NCBI GenBank assembly: GCA_964016885.1
Contig: OZ024741.1
Coordinates: forward strand, 150,970,001 to 151,034,000
Direction: 5' to 3'
Source: Eledone cirrhosa
Lineage: Eukaryota
DNA: 64,000 bases
A model generated the notes under the pieces. That model saw nothing but the letters and a program-made list of their open reading frames with translations, had not been told where the DNA came from and made no database searches. Below are positions 11,881 through 27,968 of this stretch, piece by piece. The position numbers and the translations under genes were made by a program. Numbering within the stretch: position 1 is the first letter of the stretch; each line of letters opens with the position of its first letter.

Positions 11881-14875
11881 CGTTGTGGTGCGAGATGGCA
11901 ACCTTCACGTGCTCCACCCTGTACGGACTTAATTCCAACTAATGCCCTTGCTCGATATATGCACCATTTTTACAATCAACTTGCTTTGTTGTCAAAATAC
12001 CTTTGATCAAGACTCTTATGTGTCATCACCCCACGGGAAAGTTCTACGTGTCCTATAGATCAATGCAGAAGGCGTGTCGAGAGCGAAATGTGGCTACCTG
12101 GCTAAAACAGCGAAAGATCTTCATGTTTATGTCATATTAGTACAGGAAACCCATATTGGTGATGTCGAGAGCCGATCTAAGCTTCGAGTACAAGCTCATT
12201 GGTACCGTACTCCACTTAAAATACGGTGTTTCCACTTATATCAGGAAAGATGTAAGTGAACTTTCTTTTCTTGAGGAATTCTGCAGGGATGAGATATTTT
12301 TGCTACTGTGAGAGTCGGGGACCTCACCATCACTAACGTGTACAAGCCGCAGAGAAGTACTTGCCCTCTTCTGCTCTAAAAGTCCACTCCCATCCGGAGC
12401 TGTATGCTGGTGACTTCAACAGTCTCCATTCTTCAGGGGGCTATGTCATAGACAACGAAGCTGGGGAACAGTTGTAGGCATGGGTTTCAGCTTGTGGCCG
12501 CTATCTTCTCCAAGATGCCAAACAACCTGATACGCTTCATTCTAGTCACTGGAAGAAGGATTACCACCCAGATCTCTGCAAACTCTCCAGATCAATCAAT
12601 GGACGTCTTGTTCGGTCTTCTCGTAAGATAATCCTGAATTTCCACCAGAGCCAACATAGACCAGCTGTGATACACACCAACATAGAGATTCATGTAGTTA
12701 CAATTCAAGTTACTACCACAACGGTGGTACTTCAGGAAGGCGGGATTCCTTCCGATTAGAGGTGGAGGAACAAATCAACTTGGAACCTGTACCCAATAAT
12801 TATACTTCATTTTATAAGATTCTGAAGGATGCTGCCAAGAAACACATCCCCTGAGGCTTCCGTCAGTTTTACACCCCGTGCTGCCTCACAGAATCTGAAG
12901 AGCTTCTCAAGAGTTATGAGGCCTCAGGTGATCCAGACATTTCTACGGAACTCTTTGACTCTCTTGACTCAGCTCGACGCACACGCTTGCAGTAAACAAC
13001 GGAAGAGCTGTATTACACTCACTCTAGTAGGAAAGGACAAATCTCCTTCGGGGACTTGGTGCAGCATCTCTCATTCAGCACTAGACACCAAAAGTAACTG
13101 CTAATGCAGTTTCATCATGCCTCCTTCTCAACTCCTAGGTACCTTCAACCAAGAAGGCACGCCAAAAAGTCCATAAGGATCTCTCAGCAGCCTATCCATC
13201 GTCACCACAGACTGCCCGCTTGCTACACAATAAGTGAGACAGATACTGGCCTTTCATCCAACAAAGAAGACAAAGCAGCAGGAATTGACGGCATCTAACT
13301 GGAATTTCTTTAGAACGTTGGTTCAAATGCTCGAGACTGGCTGGCTTCTCTCTTCACAGTCACCCTCTCAACTGGAGTTATTCCGAAGATCTGGAAAGAA
13401 ATCAAGGTCATTGCCTTCCTAAAACTTGGGAAACCTGCAGACGATCTTGCAAGCTACCGGCCAATCTCTCATCTCTGTACCTCTTACAAGCTATTTAAAC
13501 GACACCTCTTGGTTATGTTTGGCCCTTTAGTAGAATCAACCCTGTCTAAAGAGCAAGCAAGCTTTAGACCTTAAAGCAGTTGCACTGATCAAGTCCTCGC
13601 CCTTACTACCTTCATCAAGGCTGGCTACCAACATGTTTCCAAGACAGGGTCTGCTCTGATCGACCTCTCCTGTACACACGATACTGTATGGAGATGAAGC
13701 TGCCTTCTGAATGCCTGTCGTACTAGGTAACTGTGAGACATCCTCTCTTCTATACTCAGTAACAGAAGATTCAGTGTGTCACTAGGAGGTCAAACATGTT
13801 CAACCAGAATTCTGAATGATGGCCTCCCCCAAGGTTCTGTCCTGGCACCAATGCTCATTAACATAGATCTACGTGAGTAATAAGCCCAGGACAACGTCGA
13901 GGGAATTTGCAGACGCAGATGACCTCTCTTTGGCCACCCAATCTACTGACTTTGACAAAACCAACTTTATACTAACAGAAGACCCCAAGAAGATAGAGGA
14001 TTACTACTGTTACTGGTGCCTTTGGCCCAACCCAGGAAAGCCGACCAGGATAGACTTCCATCTCATCACCAGACAAGTTAACAACTCAAGGTCTCCTTCT
14101 GTGGTAGGCCTGTCAAGAATGAACCACACCCAAAATATTTTGGTATAATATTGGATTGCAGCTTGACCTACTGATATTACCTAAAGAGGATTGCTGGAAA
14201 TCTCAAGACCAGGATAAATATCACCCGCAAGTTAACAGGAAACAGATGGGAGTCTGATGCACATACAATCCAAATTGAGTGCTTAGCACTAGCATACACA
14301 GTTGCAGAGTACTGCTCACCGGTCTGGGTAGGGAACTGCTATGCCAAGAAAGTTGACAACTCAGCGGTGAGAATAGTAGCTGCCACACTGAAATCTATAC
14401 CTACTCAGTGGCTTCCTACCATTTCTCATATAGCTCCTTCTCCCATCCAAGAAAACATGGAAAATCTTCTCAATATTCACTTCAAATCACACAAACCATT
14501 CAATGCAATAACCTTGATCTGAAGGGAGAGTGGCGAAGATCATGGAATGAGTCTAAATTTGCCAACCAAGACCTCATCCAGGACCTCACATCTAAACCAG
14601 CTGACTTTGATCTACCTAGGAAACAATGGGTGTCCATTAATCAGATCCGCACGACACATGCCAGGTCAGTCTATTATCTCGCTCGATAGAAAATGAAAGA
14701 CAGTCCAGTATGTTACTGTGGGGACCCTGACCAGACAGAGCTGCATGTTGTTTGGGATTGTCCACCCTGACGTTTTCCCGACAGCTTGGAGGCAATCCAT
14801 ATTACTATAAATGACGCCTTAGTCTGGCTCACCAATCTCGATCTGAAACCATTATGCATATGTCATACGACAAGA
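11881..14875 (+). mobile_element. Full-length degenerate Vingi/Ingi-like non-LTR retrotransposon (APE endonuclease + RT), about 3.0 kb
   Basis: Frameshifted motifs: VILVQETH and GDFN (APE), YRPISHL, LPQGSVLAPML, FADADDL (RT), DLPRKQWVSINQIRT, and a C-terminal CxCG..QT..H knuckle. Flanked by TGTTGGA at 11874-11880 and 14876-14882 (TSD). Clade assignment is from recalled motifs. Confidence 0.82.
11883..11953 (+). ncRNA. Putative degenerate HDV-like ribozyme (Pr77-like signature) at the LINE 5' end
   Basis: P1 GTGGTGC/GCTCCAC (1 mismatch), P2 GGCA/TGCC, P3 AC-CTTCAC-GT, P4 GGA/TCC, J4/2 AACTAA. It starts right after the TSD. Confidence 0.5.
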
Positions 14876-15063
14876 TGTTGGAAGTTTTGAGAAATGGCGG
14901 GGTGTAAAGTATAAGTACCCCATATATTATGGTGTGGATAGTTTGGTCGCTGCAGTTGCAATAGAATCCGGCTGATGACAACAGTTACTGTTTATGTCTG
15001 TTGCCTTTGTACCACAATACCTGGGAAAATTCTAATTTTTAATTTTTAATTTAATTAAAAAAA

Positions 15064-15256
15064 TAATTGTTTCTACGTTTGGCACAAGGCCAGAAATTAC
15101 CCAGTGTATTACTGGTACTTTATTTTATCGACCCCGTAAGGATGAAAGGCAAAGTTAACCTCGGCGGGATTTGAACTCAGAATGGCAAGGGCCGTAACTC
15201 TATGCGTCAAAGCATGGCGTCCGACCCTCTACCGATACTGCCAATCCACCGCCCTA
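15064..15256 (-). mobile_element. tRNA-derived SINE S1, full length
   Basis: Same A/B boxes, core and tail as the other S1 copies. Confidence 0.85.
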
Positions 15257-15978
15257 ATATTAGTAAAATAGGATATGATTTTATTAAAGGGTTAGTTTCA
15301 TATGTATGATGGTTTTCCATGAGGGTGATTTTCTATTGGATTTTCTATTGGAAAATGTAGTTTTAGTCCAGGAGTTTATTTATAGTGAATGGGAATTTGC
15401 CAGGTAAGTAGTGTATATTATGTTACTTGTTATTTTGTGAGTTATATGAGGTATATCTATATTTATGTCTATATCTTATCTACATTACATTTATCTATCT
15501 CTCTCTCCCTCTCTCTCTATCTCTCTCTCAGTGTGAACCATCTTATCAAATGTTGAATATTACAATTAAATTCTTTTTAATTGTAATATTAAACATTTGA
15601 TAAGATGGTTCACACTGATACATCGAAACTGGTTATATTTTATATATTTTATACACATTATAAAGCTCCTTTTTACAAAAGAATTGTTCCTCTCACTTTT
15701 TCAATAATGTCACTTTGACGAATCAAAGAGGAAAAAACGAAAAACAGATCCTTTAAATATATTTTCCGTGCTATTTCCAATTCCACCTTTTCTCTATAAC
15801 CCCTCTTTTGTATAGAACCTTACTCTCTTTTCGAATATATATAGCAAAGAGGGTATGGTAAGATTCCAGGTGGATCATAACGCATCAGAGTAATCAATAC
15901 TTAAGGTAGTAGAGTGGGTAACAGGAAAAGATCTAGCTGTCGAAACGGCCGGAGCTCAGCCATCGGGGTCCTGACTAT

Positions 15979-16111
<133 letters not shown>

Positions 16112-16996
16112 ATATATATATATATAGTAACTTATACAAAGTAAGTCTCCTACGGGTAGACTACCAGTAAACCAATCTAAAGCAAGAAAACTTCACTTGC
16201 ATATTTCCCTATGGGTAGTTCCTAGTAAAGGAACCCAAAAGTGAGGTTTTCTTATTTTAGATTGCTTTGCTGGGAATCAACTAGTCAGTGACTTTGTATA
16301 AGTTACTCTATATGTATATGCTTCTCTGAAATAGATATATATTTAGCGATATTTTCATATGGATTTTCTCTATTGCTATATTGGTGACAAAACACCTTTA
16401 TTTTGATATGCTATTCCTATACGTATAAGACCAAATTATCAAACATCTCCGATTAAAAGGAATATTTGATGACTCTATCTAGCAGCTCCATTATCATACA
16501 GTAATACTGTAATTTATCGAGTAAAATAGTTAATCGCGTGAGCACTTTAACACATGTATTAACGTATCGTGTGAGAATGTCATTGATATAAAAGTTTTAC
16601 CCTCAAGGGCAGTATATACTTAGACAGTGATGAACAATAACATTTTCTATATGACTGCATATAAACGCATATATTCTCTGATGTACTATAATTTTGAGGT
16701 TCTTGAATAACGGAGAACATACGTGTCTGACAATCAATCTGGACGCTATTAAAACCACGAATAGTCTCCGAGGCATACTGTATTTGTGAACTTAATAAGT
16801 AAAGATAAGTTTATATTCCCTGTGGAGATAGTTCTTTATGTATGTATGTGTGTACGTATGTTTGTATGTATGTATTTTTGTATGTATGTATGTATGTATG
16901 TATGTATGTATGTATGTATGTATGTATGTATGTATGTATGTAGTCAGAATAGTGTTTGTGCAATGATAGATGCATTTCAGAAAATATTATTACTAT

Positions 16997-17110
16997 AAAT
17001 CCCGCCGAGGTTGACTTTGCCTTTCATCCTTACGGGGTCGATAAAATAAAATACCAGTAATGCACTGAGTAATTGCTGGCCTTGTGCCTAGAGTAGAAAC
17101 AATTATTACT
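16997..17110 (+). mobile_element. SINE S1, 5'-truncated
   Basis: AAATCCCGCCGAGG..GCCTTTCATCCTTACGGGGTCGATAAAA..TAGAAACAATTATT. Confidence 0.8.
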
Positions 17111-17931
17111 ATAAAAATAGAAACCATTCTAAATATATATATATATATATATATAGCCTTCAATATTTTAGTCAAAATGCAAGATAAATGTGATAAAGAA
17201 ATTCAGTTATGCTAACGGAAAATAATCTGAAATATTTAACCTTATCTCATCGGAAATCACTGGATAGCCATTTCTAAATGGATTAAAGCCAAAAGACAAC
17301 ATATGATTTGCACTTTTAAACGTTCCTAATTAGTTTAATGCACTCAGTGAAGCGTGGTACAGTTTCTGTTGCTTTGTTGTCAGTAATCAAAGTAAAACAT
17401 ATTGTGGCAAAGAACTTGTTTGTAGACCATGTATTGAAACTGAAGCAGTTATAACGTGGAAAAGTAATTTTAGCCGTAAACACATACACACACATGCACA
17501 CACAAACACACACACACGCACGCGCACACACACACACTCACGCAAATTGTTATCCCGTTTCATTTATTCTATGATATCTTAGTGTGACATTTTACACCGC
17601 ACTCTTTGCCTCCTGATCACAAGCCCATTCCTATTGCAACTATGTTGTAGTAGAATAGTCAGCTAGTTAGTTCCTCTTCTTCTACATGAAGCGTTGTATA
17701 ATGAGAGATATCCATTCATTACGGTCGTAAGCCGTATCACGAGCCTACATCTAGGGCCTTCCTATGTTCTCCATGTCCACCGCAGACATCACTTAGGTCT
17801 CAACCGTTCTGCCTGCTTCTTATGATATATATACTTACACACACGCATATATATATGTGTGTGTTTGTACATACATGTATATGTATGTGAATATGCATAC
17901 ATACATATATAGATGTGTGTGTGCGTGTGTT

Positions 17932-17995
<64 letters not shown>

Positions 17996-19199
17996 CATAC
18001 ATATACACTTTAGTTAGTCCCTCTGGCTCCCCTCTATCCAGCATGGTCGCAAGCCGTGTACTGAACCTAATCCAGTCCAGGTCCATATCTTCCAATTCAT
18101 TTTATACAGCATCTTCCACTCGTCTTACGGTGCTGGTCTTTCGTAGATTACTAAGTCAACCCTTTCCATGCAGTGAGATAATTATTTATATATCTACAAC
18201 ATGGGGTATGATTTATCGAGAGATTTTACAACCTATTTTCTTTGTTCTAATATCTACATGGGGCATATTTTATCGGTGTTCACATTAAAAAAGGAGCCGA
18301 TCGTCAGATCAGACCAAAGAAATAACACTTTCATTGATGTTCCCATTGTTGAATTTGAGCTCACAACGCACAGTCGTCGATAATATACTTCAAAGTATCA
18401 CATTAACTTCTTTAACATTTCTACTAATGCATCAACTCAGGACTCGAACTTAATTTATCTACCTCGAAAGGATAAAAATCAAAGATAACATAAGCACAAT
18501 TTGACTCGGAACATGACATGGCATGGGACCTTATCTACTGATGGAGTCCTAATGGCTCCACCGTTGAATATGATCTGTCTAAAGCATTTAAGTGTGATGA
18601 AGTCTATCTTCTCTCCAGGTCAGAACACAGCGGATTTTTTTCTACAGAAACAGATAGGTAAGGAACGAGAGGGAAGTGAGAAAGAGATATAGAAGAGGAA
18701 TCGACCTTAATTTGGACTTGTACATTATTCATTGAAATCAAAAGGATGAGAGACAAAATTCACCTCAGTTAGATTTGAACTCAGAACACAAAGGGTCAGA
18801 AAAAATGCCGTAGAGCATTCAAATCTACGGCCTAACGCCGACATATAACTTGAAACATAAACATAAATCCTATGAAATATTTCGACCCTTTTCACATTAA
18901 TAACTTCACCTCAATTGGTTAAGATCATGAAAGCTAGCAAATTTGGCAAAATGTCATAAAGGAGAAACAATCCTCAGATGCGCCGTCTGATGGGATCCAC
19001 CGGAAGGCGTGTCTGAGAACTTTTTCCCTACCATCCTCTCATGAATAAGTGAAAGAAGAAAAAAAGAGGAAAACAATTGGATAAAAACAACGCAAAGGAA
19101 CGTAGCTAAATAGCCATTACTTTTTCGTTTCACCACTGAACGGTTTCTACCATCTCACAGCTTTGATAATAATAATGATGATGATGATTCTGATAATAA

Positions 19200-20030
19200 T
19201 AATAAGGCCAGCAATTAGCCCACTGCATTACTGGGTACTTTATTTTATCGACCACATAAGGATGAAAGGTAAAGTTAACCTCGGCAGGATTTGAACTCAG
19301 ACAGCAAAGGGCCGTAACTCTATTCTTCAAAGCATGGCATCCAACCCTCTACCTATATTGCCAATGCACCTCCATTATTAATAATTATTTCTACGTTTGG
19401 CACAAGGCCAGCAATTATCTCAGTGCATTACTGGTACTTTATTTCATCGACCCCCGTAAGGATGAAAGGCAAAGTTAATCTCGGCGGGATTTGAACTCAG
19501 ACAATAAAGGGCCGTAACTCTTTGCTGCAAAGCATGGCGTCCGACCCTCTACGAATACTGCCAATCCACCGCCCTTACCGCCATTATTAATAATAAAAAT
19601 GATAATAATAATGACACAAGGCTAGCAATTGGTGAGAGGAAATCGATTTCATCGACTCCAATACCTGACTGGTACTTTAATTTATCAACATTCGAAGTAA
19701 GATGAAAGGCGTAGTTGACCTCTGTTAGATTTGAACTCTGAACATAAAGAACTGTAATTAAATACTGAAGGCTAATTTGTTCAACGCCCTAAGGATTCTG
19801 CTAATCCAATCCCTTTAAAAATAAAATAAACATTTCTTCTGATTTAGGCGAAAGATTAACGATGGGAAGAGAAGGAGAAAGTCGATTATATCGGCCCCAG
19901 TATATTATTTTATCAACTTTGGTAAGATGAAAGATAAACTTGACTGTGGCGGGATTTGAACTCAGGGCATTAAGAGTCGGAACAACTACCCACGAATATT
20001 TTGTCCCGTGCTTTAAAGAATCTGTCCTTA
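19200..20030 (-). mobile_element. Cluster of four tandem S1-type SINEs (two young, two diverged)
   Basis: Repeated GATGAAAG..GATTTGAACTC units at about 19260, 19460, 19700 and 19930. Confidence 0.8.
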
Positions 20031-21169
20031 CTTTTCAATAATACACTGCCACACATTTCTGAGAAGGAACAGTGCAATATATATCAACCGTAGTTCTTGA
20101 CTGCAAACTTATTTACAAATGAGGAATCCTTTGTCGATTTCGGCGATGAGCATTCAGTTGTTCGATAAACTGAACGTTCAACGTGTGTAAGTGTCTGAGT
20201 ATTCCAGGGACATGTGTACCCTTAACATAATTCTCAAATCGAATCAGCGAAACATGGCTGGAATTTTTGAATTACAGATACAGTCCATACGACAGGCTTC
20301 CACATAGTTTCCGTCTATTTAAATTCAATCACAAGGCTTGGTAAAGGGAATTGTGAAGACACCTTCCCAAGAAACCATGCTGTGTGATTGAATCGAGGAC
20401 CTCATTATTACGAAGTAAACTTCTTGCCCACCATGTCAAGACTGCCACTACATATTGACTTTTAGTTATAGTTTAATGTTTTAGTTCTAATACGAAATAT
20501 GTAGCTAACACACCTGGGATATGAACGCAGACGGTTACAAAATAGACTTATAAAATCCGTATAATTTGTGCCGCATTTAATGTTTTCTTTCTAATCTGGG
20601 CATTGATTCTTTTTGTGGTAAGAAAATAACAATAATAACAAAAAAAAAACAAAAAAAAAAACAACAGCAAAAAACAAAACGAAAAAATAAATGGATTAAT
20701 ATTCCGACCTAAGGATATTATAAAATTCTTTCAATATAAAATTTTAAAATTAGTAAGAGGGTAATTATGATGTAAATATTCTGAATTTAATATTGATTTC
20801 AAATATAAATTCAAATGGCATCCATTTTAAGACTGCAGTGATATCATCCTATTTCCTCCTTGTATTAGAATTCCAGAGAAAATATAAAGATGTGAAAATA
20901 CAAAGTAATACATTAAATATCAAAGTATTAATCAATATATTACAACAGATGAAACAGAAAGCAATAGTGCCACCAGATCTAAAATGTTAAATTACTAAAT
21001 TATAGATTACCAACAGTTAATGAATACATGAATATAAATGATTACACACACACACATACACACGTACACGCACACACACACACATACACACACATACATA
21101 CACACACATATATATATACTCTTTTACTCTTTTACCTGTTCCAGCTATCCGGCGGAGGCCATGCTGGGG

Positions 21170-21228
<59 letters not shown>

Positions 21229-21282
21229 TTTCCGTAGGAAAGGTAAAAGAAAAGAGAGGGCTCTATGTAGGCTACAGAGCTT

Positions 21283-21530
21283 TTTAGTTATGTAATAAAC
21301 AACATAAGATAATTATTTCATTTGCCAAAGGTTTCACGAAGACAGACGAGCCTTACACAGACGTCTGTCTTCGGTCGTCAGAATGAAAATTTATTTTAAA
21401 TGGACATCCATTTTAAATAAATTTTCATTTTGACGATTGAAGTCAGACATCTGTGTCAGGCTCGTCTGTCTTCCTGAAACGTTTGGCAAATGAAATAATT
21501 ATCTTATGTTGTTTATTACATAACTATATA
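21283..21530. repeat. Fold-back element with a hammerhead-like motif in each arm
   Basis: About 120-bp inverted arms meeting near 21407. Minus arm: CTGACGA-C-CGAAGACAGACG..CGTCTGTCTTCG-T-GAAAC (12-bp stem II). Confidence 0.8.
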
Positions 21531-21534
21531 TATA

Positions 21535-21600
<66 letters not shown>

Positions 21601-21804
21601 CAAGCTTATAACTATGGTTGGTAATTTAAAACTCTACTTCGGAGATTTGATTCTGACTTAGTGTTCTTTCTATTTAATTGCTAACCTGTAGGTGTTGTTT
21701 TCCATACAGTAACGGTTAAACTCACATGTAATAATTCTTTACACACATCTCACTGCGTTACACACTTCTCTCTGTGTAATATATTTATATATATATATAT
21801 ATAT

Positions 21805-23830
21805 AAATTAGACAATTATCAAAGTTGTGTTCAAATAATTTAATAGCTGACAATCGTTTCTTCCAAACTTTCGTTTGGAGTCATCGGAGCATTATCAATG
21901 TTTGTATATATAATTACTTGTTGTACATTCTTACTCTACCACACCTAACATCGTATACCAAATAGCTAGTAGTAATAAAAGGAAGATTAATAATTATTTC
22001 CAACTAATTAAAACACAACAGGAGGTAAAGTTAGTACCTGTAAATCCTAGTAGTAATAATAGTAATAATGGTAATAGCACTAATGAAATCAATAACAATA
22101 GGAATGACAACCATCATTACCCTAATGCTATCCCTAGCAACTGACTTCTACACAACATAGTAACCGGCAAGCAAACATCCAGAATAAATGTAACTGTAGA
22201 ACTAATAGAACTTGCCCCTTAGGTAATAATTGCTTAATCAAAGACATCATCTACTCATGCACTGTCAACGCAAACAACTCATCTAAAACATATATTGGCT
22301 CTACTTCGAACTGCTTCAAGACGAGATACAATTCGCATCTCCACTCTTTCAAAAAACACAATCTAGCCAACTCCACTTCTTTATCTAGCCACGTACACTC
22401 TCTGCAAACTATAGCTTAGTTATATTATATACAGTATTGGATATTTAATATGTAGAGATTTTTTAATGTAATATGTAATAATAAATTATATATACATTTA
22501 TAATTAAATATTTAAATTAATAGCATGTATATAAGGGATTTACTTTTAACACAATATAATAATAATAAAGTATATATACATTTATAATTAAATATATAAA
22601 TTAATAGCATTATATATAAGGAATTACTGGCCTTGTGCCAATAGTAGAAACAATTATATATAAGGAATTAACTTTGCCTTTCATCGTTACGGGGTCGATA
22701 AAATAAAGTACCAGTAATACACTGGGTATTTGCTGGTCTTGTGCCAAAAGTAGAAACAATTATATATAAGGGATTAACTTTTAACATAATAATGTATATT
22801 ATTACACGAATGTTCTATTTGGACATGTAAACAGCTATACATTTTCCATATCTTATATCTTGTCCAGTAATGGATAGATAACAATCTAATGAGACTTTAA
22901 TGTATTATAGGAAAATAGACTGTATTTAAAATTAAGTATAAATATATAACATTATGTAATAGAGATTCACTTGTATCACAATATAATGTGTATTAGAGCA
23001 AATAATTTAAATAATTGAATTTAATTAGCTAGTTACTTCCCCTTACGCATTAGCTCCCCTTATTCTTGGATCTCATACTCACTTCCGGAAATTAAACCGT
23101 TGGAAAAAACTACCTGTTGAACAACTCTAATCCATGAATAAGAATACAATAAGACCAATTTACAATCCATTTCTGTAACTAACTTAAAACATTCAATATA
23201 AACATTAACTAAAATAAAATTTAACATATGCAATGGAAAAGACTTTGATTTTCTCAACGCACAGAAATTTGATTTTCTCAAAACACACAAATTTTAACAC
23301 TATAATCACTATATTACATCCGCCATAAATTCTAATACATTTACACATGTGCTTGCCATACAGTATTTATTTATTTATTTATCTATATATGCATAATACC
23401 TTTGCTTATTTCCTTCTCATATATATGACTAACGCATGTGCACTTTCTACACGCTTGCATATGTACTGCTAATGTACTCATTCTGTCTCAATGCTTCTTT
23501 CTTAATGCCTCTTTAATTATTAGACTATTCTCTTGTATTATCTTTTTCATGAATTCCACTCTGTGCTTTTAATTTTAATTTGAATTTTTGTACAATTCTC
23601 GTATAATATATGTCGCACCCTGTAAATACGAAACTGTTGCTCACAACATCAATATATATGTATCTTTTTGATTGTTCAGTTGAATAGGAGGTTAATTATA
23701 TGTACAAACATTGATAATGCTCCGTTGACCCCAAACGAAAGTTTGGAAGAAACGATTGTCAGCTATTAAATGGTTTGAACACAACTTTGATAATTGCTTA
23801 ATTTATTTTCCTGCTCTGTAAAACACCCGA
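21805..23830 (+). mobile_element. Penelope-like element 3' part with inverted terminal segment (21807-21917 vs 23692-23803), interrupted by SINE pieces
   Basis: CNCRTNRTCPLGNNCLIKDIIYSC..TYIGSTSNCFKTRYNSHLHSF at about 22185-22355. Each inverted arm carries a hammerhead motif. Confidence 0.8.
21846..21890 (-). ncRNA. Minimal hammerhead ribozyme, C4 variant (degenerate partner at 23719-23763, plus)
   Basis: GCT-CCGATGA-CTCCAAAC-GAAA-GTTTGGAA-GAAAC-GATT-GTC-AGC. Confidence 0.75.
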
Positions 23831-24017
23831 TGTTCTTAAAATAAGCAACAAAATTATTTATATTTAATCAAGAATAACGAAATTTAGTAAATAAATTATG
23901 TAATATTCATTCATTATTTATTCAAAGTAATCCAACTTATTTTACACACGGGATAACAAAATATAATCTGGACGCAGTCCCGTACTTCTTACTTTATTAT
24001 AGTTTAAATTATTATTA

Positions 24018-24790
24018 GGGCGGTGGACTGGCAGGATCGGTAGAGCGTCGGGCACCATGCTTTGCAGCATAGCGTTACAACCCTTTACCATCTGTGTTCA
24101 AATCTCGCCGAGGTTAACTTTGCCTTTCATCCTTACGGGGTCGATAAAATAAAGTAGCAGTAATACACTGTGGTCGATTTAATCGACTTTCCCCTCCTCC
24201 AAAATTGCTGGCCTTGTGCCTATATAAAAAAACATTATTATTAGGGCGGTGGACTGGCAGTATGGTTAGACCGTCGGGCACCATGCTTTGCAGCATAGAG
24301 TTACAGCCATTTACCCTCTGAGTTCAAATCCCGCCGAGGTTAGCTTTGCCTTTCATCCTTACAGGGTCGATAAAATAAAGCACCAGTAATGCACTGGGGT
24401 CGATTTAATCGATTTTCCCCTCCCTCAAAATTGCTGGCCATGTGCCCATAGTAGAAACAATTATTATCTTGGTGAATTGGCAGTATCGGTACAGGGTCGG
24501 ACGCATACAGGTTTGACACATAGAGTTACGGCCCTTACCATTCTGAGTTCAAATCCCGCCGAGGTTAACTTGGTTATGGATAAAATAATTCTGCTGCAGA
24601 ACAGATGTTGGCTTCCGACATAGCAAGCAAAACATAACTTAACCCATGAAAACAATGAGATATCATTAAACTGGCCCGTAAGGATGAAAGGTTAACTTTG
24701 CCTTTCATCCTTACGGGGTCGATAAAATAAAGTACCGGTAATGTACTGGGTAATTGCTGGCCTTGTGCCAAAAAGTATAAACAATTATTA
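24018..24790 (+). mobile_element. Three tandem S1 SINEs; the third is interrupted at about 24572-24690
   Basis: GGGCGGTGGACTGGCAG heads at 24018 and 24244 and a third at about 24470. B-boxes and cores are present. Confidence 0.85.
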
Positions 24791-25140
24791 TCTTTGTTAT
24801 TTGAACGTGTAAAACGTACGATTCTGTGCTCCAGCAGGTTGGTGGATTTATGGTTAAATTGGTATATTGTTAAATTATTTTGTTGATAAGGGAATATTAA
24901 AGCAGTCGTCATTGTCTTGAGGAAGAGAGACCTCATAATATTTTGGGTCTTCGGCCTAACTATTTGAACTTTATTTAAAAAAGAAAAAAATTCTAAAAAA
25001 AACATAGGCAGAGCACGACCCCAACATTATGCCAGCTGTCATGTGACAGAGGTTCAAACTTTAGGCTGTATTTCCAACAATAACAACAACAGCAGCAGCA
25101 ACAACATAAAGAAAACAAACCAGAATAATGGAATTAATGA

Positions 25141-25350
25141 TTTCTTATATAGGCACAAGGCCAGCAACTTCGGGGGGAAGAGTCGATTAAATCGATCCCA
25201 ATGCGTGGCTGGTACATTATTTTATCGACCCCGTAAGGATGAAAGGCAAAGTTAACCTCAGCAGGATTTGAACTCAGACCGTAAAGGGCCGTAATCTATG
25301 CTGCAACGCATGGCGCCCTACTCTACCGATACTGCCAATCCACCGCCCTT
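25141..25350 (-). mobile_element. SINE S1 with a 19-bp target-site duplication
   Basis: Flanked by AGAATAATGGAATTAATGA (25122-25140) and AGAACAATGGAATTAATGA (25351-25369). Confidence 0.85.
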
Positions 25351-25599
25351 AGAACAATGGAATTAATGACAACAGCAGCAACGACAACAACACCACCACC
25401 ACAAACAACAACAACAATGTGAACAACGACACAAACAGCACCAGCAACAGCAGCAACAACACTGTGAACAACAGCAACCTGAACAACGACACAACCAGCA
25501 CCAGCAACAGGAGCAACAGCAACAACAACAACGTGAACAACAATAATAACAACAACAACACATTCGCTGCTGTGACAGCTAAAAACAGGCCAATGTTTT

Positions 25600-26985
<1,386 letters not shown>

Positions 26986-27198
26986 AATAGAGATGACTTC
27001 TACTTGACTAGAACTGTTACATTCATAGGAAATCATCAGGATTGATGATTTCATACGAATGAAACAGTTTTTGACCTGTAGAAGTCATTTTTATTACTTT
27101 CTACTAACGCACTGAATACTTTATTTAACTGTATATGTTCTCGATCCCGTTTCAGTATACCATCCTTAATTATAATCCCCCACACACATTCACACACC

Positions 27199-27279
<81 letters not shown>

Positions 27280-27522
27280 GGTATCTATGTCTGTCTATCT
27301 ATCAATCTCTCTCGTTCTCTCTCACTGTATACACACACACACACACATACACACACACACACATATATACATTGAGTCACAAAAACACAGCCGTATGGAT
27401 ATGTGTGTATGGACGTACGTACATACATATGTATAAATGCATGTATATAAGTATGCATGCCTGTATGTATGTATGTACGTGTGTATGAATGTATATATAT
27501 ATATATATATACATATATATGT

Positions 27523-27609
<87 letters not shown>

Positions 27610-27934
27610 TGTGTGTGAGTGTGTGTGTGTGTATCTGTGTGTGTGCGTGTACGTGTACTATAAAGAAACACCATTAATAAATGTTTAGAATTTGTAATGA
27701 ATCTTCAGTGCGATGAGGAGAATAATCTTCTAAATAGAAGCCTAGGACTTTCGTGATAGAAACGATATTTGTGTGGAAGAAAATAACATGTAAAAAAGTT
27801 TTAAAGTTTAACATTTAAACGAGTGAATGAAAAGTACATGCATGCACAATATAAAACTGCGCACACAGCGACACAGACATATATATATATATATGTATGA
27901 CTATATATATATATTCTATGTATACAAGTACACG

Positions 27935-27965
<31 letters not shown>

Positions 27966-27968
<3 letters not shown>

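Noticed and set aside
15160-15256. tRNA-like A and B boxes
   Set aside because: These are SINE heads followed by the SINE core; no complete cloverleaf.
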